A stretch of 60,562 nucleotides of DNA from Rhizomicrobium sp. GTDB taxonomy: Bacteria > Pseudomonadota > Alphaproteobacteria > Micropepsales > Micropepsaceae. Positions within the stretch are counted from its first letter, which is position 1. The number at the start of each line of letters is the position of its first letter. The stretch spans positions 1-60,562 of the forward strand of contig DATAHD010000292.1 in assembly GCA_036263395.1 (NCBI GenBank), read 5' to 3'. Shown here one piece after another: positions 8,823 to 17,870 of the stretch. Both the position numbers and the translations under genes were made by a program. The notes under the pieces are model-generated. The model ran no database searches. It was not told the DNA's origin and saw only the letters and a program-made list of their open reading frames with translations.

Positions 8823-9745
8823 CGGCGGATCTCGATCTCCAGCACTTGCGCGTTCTCGACGTGCTGCTGCGCGAGCGGAGCCTCACACGCGCGGCGAAAG
8901 TGCTCGACGTGACGCAGCCGGCGCTGAGCAAGACGCTGGCGCGGTTGCGGCGCTTCTTCGACGATCCTTTGTTCGTGCGAGTCTCGCACCGCATGGAGCC
9001 GACGCCGAAGGCGCTCGCCTTGGCGAAGCCGGTTGCCGATCTTCTGGAACAGATGCGCGCATTGCGCGGTGACCACGTGGTGTTCGACCCGAAGAGATCG
9101 AACCGAACCTTCCAATTTTGCGTGGTCGACGCGGGCGTGATCAAGCTCCTGCCGCCGCTGCTGAAGCGAGTGGCGGACGAAGCGCCGCACGTGCGCTTGC
9201 GTGTCGTGCAGCTCGAAGGCGCGCATCTTGAATCCTGGCTCGAGACCGGCACTGTCGATTTTGCGATGGGTGCGTTCCCGGACCTCAGCAAAAGCATCCG
9301 GCGCCAGTATCTCTGGACCGAGGAATACGTCAGCGTCGTCAATCGCGGCCATCCGCGTCTGTCAGTTGCGCCGTCGCTGCGCGAGTTTGCCGCCGAGCGG
9401 CACGTACTCGCTTCCACGATGGGGACAGGACACGCCCACCGGCTTGCCGAGCGGGCGGTCGAGGCGGCGATTCCGCCCGAGAACATTTTATGCCGCGTGC
9501 CGATCTTCATCGCCGCTGCGGTCATCGCCAAGCACACCGACACGGTGGCGACGCTGCCGATGTCGATTGCGGCCGTTCTCGCCGACGATCTCGACCTCGA
9601 GATCATCAAGCCGCCGATCAAGCTGCCCAAGATCGAGATCTACCAGTACTGGCACGACCGGTTTCATCGCGAGCCGGGCAGCAAGTGGATTCGCGACATA
9701 TTCTCCAGCCTGTTTCGTGTTCAAGCAGGGCGAGGCCGGAAGTGA
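8792..9745 (+). CDS. LysR-family transcriptional regulator (DntR/NahR-like)
   Basis: LDLQHLRVLDVLLRERSLTRAA..L.VTQPALS..L.RLR..FDDPLFVR...MEPTP; C-terminal WH.R.H.EP...W.R. Confidence 0.93.
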   Translation: MDINYIPTGYTADLDLQHLRVLDVLLRERSLTRAAKVLDVTQPALSKTLARLRRFFDDPLFVRVSHRMEPTPKALALAKPVADLLEQMRALRGDHVVFDPKRSNRTFQFCVVDAGVIKLLPPLLKRVADEAPHVRLRVVQLEGAHLESWLETGTVDFAMGAFPDLSKSIRRQYLWTEEYVSVVNRGHPRLSVAPSLREFAAERHVLASTMGTGHAHRLAERAVEAAIPPENILCRVPIFIAAAVIAKHTDTVATLPMSIAAVLADDLDLEIIKPPIKLPKIEIYQYWHDRFHREPGSKWIRDIFSSLFRVQAGRGRK

Positions 9746-9772
9746 GGGGCATGGGAAACCGGAAGAATACCT

Positions 9773-11440
9773 GTGAAGACAGACATTGATCCCAAAGTTG
9801 TGAGCGTCGCCGTGGTCGGCGGCGGGCCGGTCGGCATGGTCTTGGCGCTGCTCCTGAACAGGTTCGGCGTAGATTGCGTCATTTTAAACACCGAGCCGGA
9901 CACGCGCCTGCATCCCAAGGGCAGTACTGAAGGCGCGCGGACGATGGAAATCTTCCGGAGCTTGGGCTTGTCCGATGCCGTCCGAGCACTTGGTCTACCG
10001 GAGGATCACCCGACCGACGTTGCCTATTTCACCCGCTTCAGCCGGCACGAGCTTGCTCGCCTGCCAATGCCCTCGCGGGCGGACGTATTGCGCGATCGGA
10101 TGCGCGCCGAGAAACTCGATCAGGTGCCGGAGCCGGTTCATCGCGCGAACCAGATGCATGTGGACCAGCTGCTTCTCGGCGCGGTGCGCCGTAGCAAGAA
10201 CGTGTCGGACCGGTTCGGCTGGCGGGTCGAGGAACTTCGACAGGACGCCGAAGGCGTGACCGTCGCTGCAACGTCAGACTCCGGCGAACACGAGCTTTGG
10301 CGTGCCAGCTACGTCGTGGGGTGCGACGGTGGACGTAGCTTTGTCCGAAGGGCGCTTGGAATCGGATTCCGGGGCGAGGGGGCGTTGGAGGAGCGATACT
10401 TCGGGGGACGTATGTTCTCGACCTACATCCGGTCGCCCGAGCTCCGGCGGCTGATGCAGCCGCGATTGGCCTGGCAATACTGGGCGATCAACCCCGAGGT
10501 GCGATCGACGGTGATTTCGGTCGATGGCAGAGATGAATTCCTGTTGCGGACGAAAGCCGCGGCTCCGAACCAGCCGGCCGACGATGCATCGGTGCGTCGC
10601 GTTCTGGACCAATGCTCGGGTACGACGGTCGGCGTCGACATCATCGGCCATGAGCCGTGGACCGCAGGCGCCGCCCTTGTCGCGGAGCGGTTTCAGGACG
10701 GGCGAATCCTTCTCGCCGGCGATGCCGTGCACCTGTTTACGCCCACCGGTGGCTTCGGGATGAACACCGGCCTCGAGGACGCGTTCAATTTGGCCTGGAA
10801 GCTCGCTGCCAGCGTGCAGGGCTGGGCGGGTCCGAGATTGCTCGCAACTTACGAGCAGGAGCGTTTGCCTATCGCGTTGCGTAACACCGGGGCAGCGCGG
10901 CAACTGTCGATCAATATCAACGATGTCCATGCGCCGGTGCAGATCGAGGAGGACAGCGCGGCAGGCGCGGCGTGCCGCGCGCAGGCTTCCGTTCAACTCG
11001 CGACATTCGCCGAGCAGTTTGCGTCATTGGGCGTTCAGCTCGGTACACGCTATGATGGTTCGGCCACCGTCGTGCGCGATGAGTCTCCCCCTGCCGACGA
11101 CTTCATCGTCTATCGGCCCACAGCCGTGCCGGGAGGGCGCGCACCGCATGCGTGGCTCGACGACACCCACGGCTCCGGCGCATCGCTGTTCGATGCCTTC
11201 GGTAACGGGTTTACTTTGCTTCGCCTCGGTGCGCGGCCCCCAGACGCCGATGCGGTCCTCGCCGCGGCGAAGGAGTGGAAGATTCCCGTCGCTGTTGTGG
11301 ACGTGCCGGACCGGGATGTGCGTGACCTTTACGATCGCGATCTCGCCCTGATCCGGCCTGACCAGCACGTGGCGTGGCGAGGGAACGCTGTCCCAGGCAA
11401 TACAGAGGCTCTCCTCGGCCGCTTGGTGGGCGCGAGTTGA
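9773..11440 (+). CDS. FAD-dependent aromatic hydroxylase (TfdB/PheA/RdmE-like, with C-terminal thioredoxin-like domain)
   Basis: VVGGGPVG, VGCDGGRSFVR, LAGDAVHLFTPTGGFGMNTG, PGGRAPHAWL, LIRPDQHVAWR. Confidence 0.9.
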   Translation: MKTDIDPKVVSVAVVGGGPVGMVLALLLNRFGVDCVILNTEPDTRLHPKGSTEGARTMEIFRSLGLSDAVRALGLPEDHPTDVAYFTRFSRHELARLPMPSRADVLRDRMRAEKLDQVPEPVHRANQMHVDQLLLGAVRRSKNVSDRFGWRVEELRQDAEGVTVAATSDSGEHELWRASYVVGCDGGRSFVRRALGIGFRGEGALEERYFGGRMFSTYIRSPELRRLMQPRLAWQYWAINPEVRSTVISVDGRDEFLLRTKAAAPNQPADDASVRRVLDQCSGTTVGVDIIGHEPWTAGAALVAERFQDGRILLAGDAVHLFTPTGGFGMNTGLEDAFNLAWKLAASVQGWAGPRLLATYEQERLPIALRNTGAARQLSININDVHAPVQIEEDSAAGAACRAQASVQLATFAEQFASLGVQLGTRYDGSATVVRDESPPADDFIVYRPTAVPGGRAPHAWLDDTHGSGASLFDAFGNGFTLLRLGARPPDADAVLAAAKEWKIPVAVVDVPDRDVRDLYDRDLALIRPDQHVAWRGNAVPGNTEALLGRLVGAS

Positions 11441-11497
11441 GACGGAACTCACAATCCGGGCGCTCGATCGCAGCGGCGACATACCCAGGCTGACGTT

Positions 11498-12706
11498 TCA
11501 GGCGATGCCGATGGCTTCGCCGCAATGGTGGCCGACGTCACAGGCGAGATCGAGCAGCGCCTCGTCGCCGCCCGGCCAGCCGATGAACGACAATCCGATC
11601 GGGCAATTTTCGACCGTGCCGACCGGCAGGTTGATCTGCGGCAGGCCGCCGACCCCCGCCGTGCAGGTCAGCCGCATTACCCGCGTCCTGAAATGGTCCA
11701 TCTCGCCGGCGCCGCCGCCGATCAAGGGCGCGATGCAGGGTGCGGTCGGCAGCGCCATCAGCGTGCCCGGCACCGCGATGCGGCGGATGTGTGCGCGCGC
11801 CTCCGCGATCGTCCCACGCGCCGCGTCGGCTTCGGCGGCGGTGATCTTCGACGCCATCTCCAGCCGTTCACGGATACCGGGACCTGCCTGAGGCTTGTGG
11901 CGTGTCACGAATTCCCCGAAGGTCTGCCACACCTCGAAACCCTGCACGACGCGGAAGGCGTTGCGCCAGAGATCAAAGCCCTGCGGTGCGATGCGCGCAT
12001 GCTCGATCACCGGTAGCTCGCCGGTCATCAGGCCGATCGCGGTGCGAAGCAGGTCGGCGACCGGCTCGTCGGCTTCGACAAAGCCGTCTTCGAGGACGAT
12101 CACGCGGCTCGGCCTCGCCGTCACGCGATCTTTGGCGTCGAGCAGCACGCCGCCGACCTTGCGCAGCACGCCCGGCCCCGCGCTGAACCAGCCCGGCGTG
12201 TCGAAGGATGGCGCCATCGCCGCCGCGCCCTTGTCGTCGACGCGGCCGTGCGTCGTGCGCAAGCCGTATATACCGTTGAACGACGCCGGAATGCGCACAG
12301 AGCCCCCGGTGTCGCTGCCGAGCGCAAAGTCGCAGGCGCCCGCGGCGACGGCCGACGCCGAGCCGCTTGACGAGCCACCGGGCAGCCGGCCTGGCGCTCG
12401 CGGGTTGTTGGGCGTGCCGTAATGCGCATTGGCGCCGGTGACGCTGTAGAAGAACTCATCGCACACCGCCTTGCCGATGATGGTCGCGCCGGCGTTCAGG
12501 ATGCGCGCGACCGCCGCGGCGTGTGCGGTGGCTGGGGCGTGCGTTTCGAGCCAGGTCGGATTGCCATTACCGGTGCGCGTGCCGGCGATGTCGTACATGT
12601 CCTTGACCGCCGCGGTCAGGCCCGCCAGCGGCCCGTCCGTGGCGCAGCGCAACGGCGCGGCGAGGTCGTGCGGCACGAAAGCCGAGCGGGAGAGGGTGGC
12701 GCTCAT
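11498..12706 (-). CDS. Amidase-signature family amidase
   Basis: Start MSATLSRS at an ATGA overlap with the upstream gene; AVKDMYDIAG, PGGSSSGSASAVA, LGSDTGGSVRIPASF (Lys-cisSer-Ser triad). Confidence 0.92.
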   Translation of the reverse strand: MSATLSRSAFVPHDLAAPLRCATDGPLAGLTAAVKDMYDIAGTRTGNGNPTWLETHAPATAHAAAVARILNAGATIIGKAVCDEFFYSVTGANAHYGTPNNPRAPGRLPGGSSSGSASAVAAGACDFALGSDTGGSVRIPASFNGIYGLRTTHGRVDDKGAAAMAPSFDTPGWFSAGPGVLRKVGGVLLDAKDRVTARPSRVIVLEDGFVEADEPVADLLRTAIGLMTGELPVIEHARIAPQGFDLWRNAFRVVQGFEVWQTFGEFVTRHKPQAGPGIRERLEMASKITAAEADAARGTIAEARAHIRRIAVPGTLMALPTAPCIAPLIGGGAGEMDHFRTRVMRLTCTAGVGGLPQINLPVGTVENCPIGLSFIGWPGGDEALLDLACDVGHHCGEAIGIA

Positions 12707-13575
12707 CCTTGCGCCTTGTACCAGTCGAGAATGCGGGCGCCGTCCCAGGCGACGACGCCGTCGCGCGCCAGGAGATCGGCGAAAGTGCGCTGCACGTAGC
12801 CGAAGCGGTGCGGCACGCCGGACAGATATGGATGGCAGGCGATCGCCATGATCTTCGGGCGCTCCGCAGCCTCGGCGTAGAGGCACTCGAACTGGTCGCG
12901 CGCGCGGATGTACATCGCGTCGGACATCTGATGCTGCAACGCCATCAGCACGATGTCATGAATCTCGAAATTGTATGGCAGCGCCACCACCGGCTGGTGC
13001 GTCGTCCGCAGCGTCACCGGTTCATCGTCGAGCACCCAGTCACCGATATATTCGATGCCGGCCTCGGAGAGATAGTCCAGCGTATCGAAGGTTTGCGTCA
13101 GGCCCGGGCCGAACCAGCCGCGCGGCCGTTTGCCCGAGAACTTTTCGATGATGTCCATCGAGCGCATAATGACGCCGCGCTGGTCCTCGGTCTTGTGCAT
13201 CGGGACCTGGTCGTAGCCGTGGGCGTTGAGCTCCCAGCCGAGGTCCATGCACGCCTTCACCACGACCGGGTAGGTTTCGCAGACGCGCGCATTCAGGGTC
13301 ACGGTCGGCGTGATGCCGAGTGTCTCGAACATGCGCTTGAGCCGCCAGAAGCCGACGCGCATGCCGTATTCGTGCCAGGTCCAGTTCGGATGGTCGGGCT
13401 GCTGCGGCTGGCCCTGCGGCGGCGAGATGACCATGCGCGCCATCGGCCGGTTCATGTCCCATTCTTCGAGTGCGAGCACCGGCCAGATGACCATGCGTAC
13501 GCCCTTCGGCAATTTCAGCGGCGCGCGGCCTTCGATCGGGGAATAGGACAGTCGCTCACGGGGGTGCATGGGCAT
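12703..13575 (-). CDS. Polysaccharide deacetylase-fold hydrolase (PuuE/cyclic imide hydrolase-like)
   Basis: WHEYGMRVGFWR, WELNAHGY, PRGWFGPGLTQT, DW..DDEP, IACHPYLSGVPHR. Confidence 0.88.
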   Translation of the reverse strand: MPMHPRERLSYSPIEGRAPLKLPKGVRMVIWPVLALEEWDMNRPMARMVISPPQGQPQQPDHPNWTWHEYGMRVGFWRLKRMFETLGITPTVTLNARVCETYPVVVKACMDLGWELNAHGYDQVPMHKTEDQRGVIMRSMDIIEKFSGKRPRGWFGPGLTQTFDTLDYLSEAGIEYIGDWVLDDEPVTLRTTHQPVVALPYNFEIHDIVLMALQHQMSDAMYIRARDQFECLYAEAAERPKIMAIACHPYLSGVPHRFGYVQRTFADLLARDGVVAWDGARILDWYKAQG

Positions 13576-13730
13576 ATCGGACCTTGTGCAGTGTCTCTCG
13601 GGCTACGGCGCTGCTCGGCAGCAGAGCCGGGCCGAGCGCGTTCGGAAGATACACTAGCCGACGTCCAGGAAAATTCCTTCCGGAACGAAATCGGGCGGAA
13701 ATCAGCTGGGAGCCGCACCGGCGCGGATCG

Positions 13731-14909
13731 TCACGGCTGCAGAATCGCTTCCAGCCAGTCCCACATGTAGGCCGAGCAGATGCTTTGGTTGTCGATCTGG
13801 CAATGGTGATAGCCGCCTTCCTCGCGGCTGAAAATCTTCATCACCTTGTTCTTCGAGCCGACCGCGTCGAAGCACTTCTGCGCCTCCGGCAGCGGAATTT
13901 GCTCGTCGCCCTCGCCGTGCAGCATCAGGAACGGGCAGCGCATCTTTTGCACCACTCCGTCGAGCTTGAACGGCGCCAGCCGCTTGATCGCGTCTTCCTG
14001 TGAGCTCGCATTGAGCACCCAGGAGATGTGCTGCGCCGCGACCGAGAGGGAGGGGGTGTCCGCGCGGGCGAGCCGGTCGAAGCGGTCCCGCCAGATCTTC
14101 TGATAATCCCACTGCGCACCCCAGGCGATGCAGCAGGCATAGCGGGGCTCCATCGCCGCCGCGCGCGGCGCATAGTAGCCGCCGAGGCTGATCGCCATGA
14201 CGCCGATGCGTTTCGGATCGACCTCTGGCCGGCTCGCCAGATATTCGTAGACCGGCGTCGCGTAGTGCTCGGTGTCGTGGCGCAGGTAGAGATCGCGGAA
14301 GCGGATGCTCTCGCCGTTGCCGGGACCGTCGACGATCAGGCAGGCGATGCCGCGCGCGGCAAGATCGGCGACGCCCTTGAAGTATTGAATCTCCTTGGTG
14401 ACGTCGAGGCCATCGAAGAACACGACGGCCGGCACCTTGCCGCCGCTCTTCACCGGCTCGGCGTGCACGTAGATCGCCGGCAGGCTCTTGTCGCCGTACA
14501 GAATCTCGACGTGCTCGAGCTTCGGCCGCTTGAGGAATTTGGCGGCGTCGCGCAGGCAGTTGACACCGCGCATATAGGCGTCGTTGCCGGCCTTGCTCTT
14601 CGGCTGAAGAAAGCGCTCGCCGACGTGATAATAGATGCTGGCGCGCTGAAGATATTGCGCGCCGCTCATTCCGCGGCCTTTGGCGATGAGATCGCGACCG
14701 CGGTCTTCGACCGTGCGGCCTTCGCGCGCCCATTCGCGGAACCAGGCGTCGTCGTCGCCGACGCTGCCCTTGAGGCGCACGCCGATGCGATTGATCTCGC
14801 CGATCTCGGCGCCGCCCCAGGGCGCGGTATTCAGCCCGATCAGCAGGCCGTGCGACCAGCGGTAGTTCTCAGGGAAATAGACGAACGAGAGTTCTTCTTG
14901 CGCGCTCAT
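13731..14909 (-). CDS. Alpha/beta hydrolase, 2,6-dihydroxy-pseudooxynicotine hydrolase/FrsA-like
   Basis: FDGLDVTKE, DGPGNGES, nucleophile elbow AISLGGYYAPRAAA, HGEGDEQIP, GGYHHCQ.DN. Confidence 0.85.
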   Translation of the reverse strand: MSAQEELSFVYFPENYRWSHGLLIGLNTAPWGGAEIGEINRIGVRLKGSVGDDDAWFREWAREGRTVEDRGRDLIAKGRGMSGAQYLQRASIYYHVGERFLQPKSKAGNDAYMRGVNCLRDAAKFLKRPKLEHVEILYGDKSLPAIYVHAEPVKSGGKVPAVVFFDGLDVTKEIQYFKGVADLAARGIACLIVDGPGNGESIRFRDLYLRHDTEHYATPVYEYLASRPEVDPKRIGVMAISLGGYYAPRAAAMEPRYACCIAWGAQWDYQKIWRDRFDRLARADTPSLSVAAQHISWVLNASSQEDAIKRLAPFKLDGVVQKMRCPFLMLHGEGDEQIPLPEAQKCFDAVGSKNKVMKIFSREEGGYHHCQIDNQSICSAYMWDWLEAILQP

Positions 14910-14943
14910 GAGACAGGTCTTGCGGTGAGAGGACGGAATGAAG

Positions 14944-14968
14944 CGGCAGAGCCGAACGGGCTCTGCCG
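14944..14968 (-). other. Intergenic stem-loop after the Bug gene (probable mRNA-stabilising or partial terminator hairpin)
   Basis: CGGCAGAGCC-gaacg-GGCTCTGCCG inverted repeat; weak U tract. Confidence 0.5.
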
Positions 14969-14990
14969 GCGTCGGTTCGGATTGCGACGT

Positions 14991-15968
14991 TTACTGATCG
15001 AGATGAATGTTGTTGTCCTTGATCACCTTGCCCCAGCGCTCGACCTCGCTTTTCATCATCTTCGCGGCCGCGGCCGTCGAGCGTTCGCTCGCAGGATAGA
15101 CCTCGACGCTCTGGTCCGCCCAGCTCTTGACGATTGCAGGGTCCGACAGGGTCTTCTGCATAGCGGCGTTGAGCTTCTCGACGACGTCCTTGGGCGTGCC
15201 TGCCGGCGCGAACACGGCCTGCCAGAAGCTGATATCGAGCTTTTCGCCGAATTTGTCGACGAAGCTCTTCACATTCGGCAGCTCGGGCAGCTTCGCCTTC
15301 GAGGTGACGCCATAGGCCTTCATGTTGTGGGAATTGACCTGCTGGATGATCGACTGCGGCGTCGCAAAGAAGACGTCGACGTGGCTGCCGATGATGTCGT
15401 TTAGTGCCGGCGCAGCACCGCGATACGGGATCATGTCGATCTTGGCGCCGGCCTCCTGCGCCAACAGGGCCGTGGCAAGATGGCCGGTCGCGCCGTAGCC
15501 GGGGATAGCGGCTTTCAGGGTGCTCTTCTTCATGAGGGCGAGGAACTGGTCGAGGTCGTTGGCGTCGAGGTCCCTGCGGCCGACAAGCACCAGCGGATTG
15601 CGATTGACGAAGATGACGGGGACGAGATCCTTCTCGGTATCGAACGGCAAATTCTTGTACAGCGTGACGTTCGCCGAAATCTGCAGGTTATGCAGGAGAA
15701 GCGTGTAGCCGTCCGGTGTCGCCTTTGCCACCTTGTTGGTGCCGATGATCGTGCCGCCGCCGGTGACGTTCTCGACGATGAAGCTTTGCTTGAGCTGCTT
15801 TGACAGCGAGTCGGCGATGACGCGGCCGGTCTGATCGGTCGGGCCTCCGGCCGGATAGGGCACGATAATCGTCACCGTCCGGCTAGGATACTCGTCAGCC
15901 TGAACGGGTAGGGCGCCGGTGGCCAGACCTGCGGCCGCCAGAGCAAGGATGAATGTACGCCTGATCAT
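14991..15968 (-). CDS. Bug/TctC tripartite tricarboxylate transporter substrate-binding protein
   Basis: Signal peptide; YP...VTIIVPYPAGGPTD, VEN..GGG..IG, PDGYTLL, PYRGAAPA, PAGTPKDVV. Confidence 0.93.
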   Translation of the reverse strand: MIRRTFILALAAAGLATGALPVQADEYPSRTVTIIVPYPAGGPTDQTGRVIADSLSKQLKQSFIVENVTGGGTIIGTNKVAKATPDGYTLLLHNLQISANVTLYKNLPFDTEKDLVPVIFVNRNPLVLVGRRDLDANDLDQFLALMKKSTLKAAIPGYGATGHLATALLAQEAGAKIDMIPYRGAAPALNDIIGSHVDVFFATPQSIIQQVNSHNMKAYGVTSKAKLPELPNVKSFVDKFGEKLDISFWQAVFAPAGTPKDVVEKLNAAMQKTLSDPAIVKSWADQSVEVYPASERSTAAAAKMMKSEVERWGKVIKDNNIHLDQ

Positions 15969-16007
15969 GTCTTCCTCCCTAGAACGTTTGTTTTTTGTTT
16001 CGTAGCT

Positions 16008-17750
16008 TCAGCTCTCCGGAATGACCGGCAGCAGCAGGTAAGGCTGCTTGCCGGCAGCGAAATGCAGGGTGTTACGGCAGTCGAAGATCGCAGCGGGCCG
16101 GTCGTCCTTGTCGATATGAAGGAACGGGCCGACGCCTCTCATCGGGTAAGGAGCATTCGGCAACGCGATATCCCGACCGTCGACCTCGTAGTCGCGGCCG
16201 AGAATGGTGAGTGCGAGTTGGTATCCCGATGGAACCACGATCGAGGTCGGGAGAATTTCCACGTCGAGTTCGACCGGTTCATGCGGTGTCAGTGGCCAAA
16301 GCTCATCGTGGGAATGCCAGGGCCGGTAGGGGAGGGTTCGACTTGGGTCGAGCTTGCGATGCGACGCGCGCAGCCAGCCGAGACCGACCGGTACGCGCGG
16401 ATCGTTCGAGCCGATGAAGGTGACTTCCTTGCCGGCCCGATCGAAGACGCGCAGCACCGCGATGATGTCGGCGTCCGTCGTTTCCGATGAAAGCCAGAGC
16501 TTGAGCGTGACCGGGCCGGTGATCTCCAGCGGCCGCGTCGCCGGCGGCAGGCGGAAGGTCAGACCTTCGCCCATCGTCTTGTAGCTCAGCGTTGTCTGCG
16601 CGGCCGGCGCCTCGGCCGTCAGGCGTGATCCCGACGGGTCGAGATAGAACTTCGTCCATTTCGTCCGCGCCAGCGGCCATTCGTTCTCGGCACGCAGCAC
16701 GAATTTCTCGCCGGGGTGGCGGATATTGAGCGAGACCTTCGGCTGCTTGTCCCAGCCGGTGTCTTCGCCCTTGAGGAAGTGGCCAAAGAAACGCTTCTGC
16801 AGCGTCTCGCCGTAGTTGCTGTAGAAATGCGTGAAGTGCGTGTCGCCGTGCACCTCGAGCCACTTCTGCGGCGAGCCGGCGCCGAGATAGCCCTCGAAAT
16901 TGCCGCGCGGGTGCAGGCCCATGCCGCCCCAGTTGGCGGCGGACAGTAGCGGGGCCTCGATCCGCGCGAGGTCGGCGGTTCGGGCACGATAATAATCGTC
17001 GATCAGAACGCGGCGTTTCGGCTCGCCAGGCGTATCGGTGCGCCGCGTTGCGAGTTCGTCCTCGCCGATCGTGTCGGGCCCGGCCACGAGTTCACCGGTC
17101 ACGACGCTGCGCGCGCCGCGCTCACCGACGCCATGTTGCACGCTCGCAACCTGCCGCGGATGCCAGGAATGGAGGAAATCGCTGAGAATGCCCCCGTGGC
17201 GGCACAGGTCACGGTAGTAGTCGGCCGCGCCTTCCCAGATGCACAATGCGGCCAGGTGCGGCGGCCGCAGCGCGCCGACGACCCACTGGTTCATTGCATA
17301 ATATGAAATGCCGTTGATGCCGACCTTACCGTTCGACCACGACTGCGTGCCCGCCCATTCGACGCATTGGTAAAGGTCTTCGCCCTCGCGTGCTGACCAG
17401 ACGTCGAGCACGCCGGGCGAGCGGCCAGCGCCGCGCGAGTCCACACGCAGGCAGGCGTAGCCGTCCGGCACCCATTTCTCAGGATCGACGAGTTCCCAGT
17501 TCTGGAATTTGTTGCTCGAGCCTTGGAGCACTTCGGGTGCGGCCGCGGTCAAGCGCGCCCAATTTCCCTTGTAGCCCTCCTGGAACGACAGCCCTTTCGC
17601 GTAGGGGCCATAACTCAGGATAACGGGATACTGGCCGTCTTCGACAGGACGAAAAAGGTCCGCGCGCAACACCAGCCCGTCGTCCATCGCGATTGCGACA
17701 TCCCAGTCGATGCGCATTCCGTTCCGGGTTTCGGTCTTCGTGCCTGTCAT
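16008..17750 (-). CDS. CocE/NonD-family (S15) hydrolase, paralogue 1
   Basis: DV.I.MDDG..LRAD.FRP, GPYAK, DSRGAGRSPG, WSNGKVG..GISYYA, C-terminal PepX_C-type domain (EITGP, GWLRASHR). Start taken at MTGTK. Confidence 0.9.
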   Translation of the reverse strand: MTGTKTETRNGMRIDWDVAIAMDDGLVLRADLFRPVEDGQYPVILSYGPYAKGLSFQEGYKGNWARLTAAAPEVLQGSSNKFQNWELVDPEKWVPDGYACLRVDSRGAGRSPGVLDVWSAREGEDLYQCVEWAGTQSWSNGKVGINGISYYAMNQWVVGALRPPHLAALCIWEGAADYYRDLCRHGGILSDFLHSWHPRQVASVQHGVGERGARSVVTGELVAGPDTIGEDELATRRTDTPGEPKRRVLIDDYYRARTADLARIEAPLLSAANWGGMGLHPRGNFEGYLGAGSPQKWLEVHGDTHFTHFYSNYGETLQKRFFGHFLKGEDTGWDKQPKVSLNIRHPGEKFVLRAENEWPLARTKWTKFYLDPSGSRLTAEAPAAQTTLSYKTMGEGLTFRLPPATRPLEITGPVTLKLWLSSETTDADIIAVLRVFDRAGKEVTFIGSNDPRVPVGLGWLRASHRKLDPSRTLPYRPWHSHDELWPLTPHEPVELDVEILPTSIVVPSGYQLALTILGRDYEVDGRDIALPNAPYPMRGVGPFLHIDKDDRPAAIFDCRNTLHFAAGKQPYLLLPVIPES

Positions 17751-17794
17751 GGGTTCTTGTTCGCGCCTCGAAATACGCCGCACGCCCGTTGATC

Positions 17795-17806
17795 AAACGA
17801 CCGTTT
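17795..17806. promoter_or_regulatory. Palindromic operator candidate upstream of CocE paralogue 1
   Basis: AAACG-AC-CGTTT inverted repeat in an AT-richer 120-bp gap, with TTGATCAA and TTGAGTCAA palindromes nearby. Confidence 0.35.
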
Positions 17807-17870
17807 AAACGTGCCACGCATGTGCGTTGAGTCAAGCCGTCTTAATGCAAGCGTCGAATGTCGCGGCGGC

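Noticed and set aside
11498-12886. Extended N-termini in the ORF track (amidase; also cupin, LVIVD, takP1, takP3, mrp, GST)
   Set aside because: Extensions overlap upstream genes, terminators or promoter regions; internal ATGs with SD or ATGA coupling fit family N-termini better.
13660-13705. TTCC/GGAA-rich patch before the PuuE-like gene as an operator
   Set aside because: Symmetry is short and ambiguous, and no cognate regulator is in view.
1583-14909. Complete nicotine or chlorophenol degradation pathway
   Set aside because: Nicotine dehydrogenase, 6-hydroxynicotine oxidase, hydroxyquinol dioxygenase and maleylacetate reductase genes are absent from the window.
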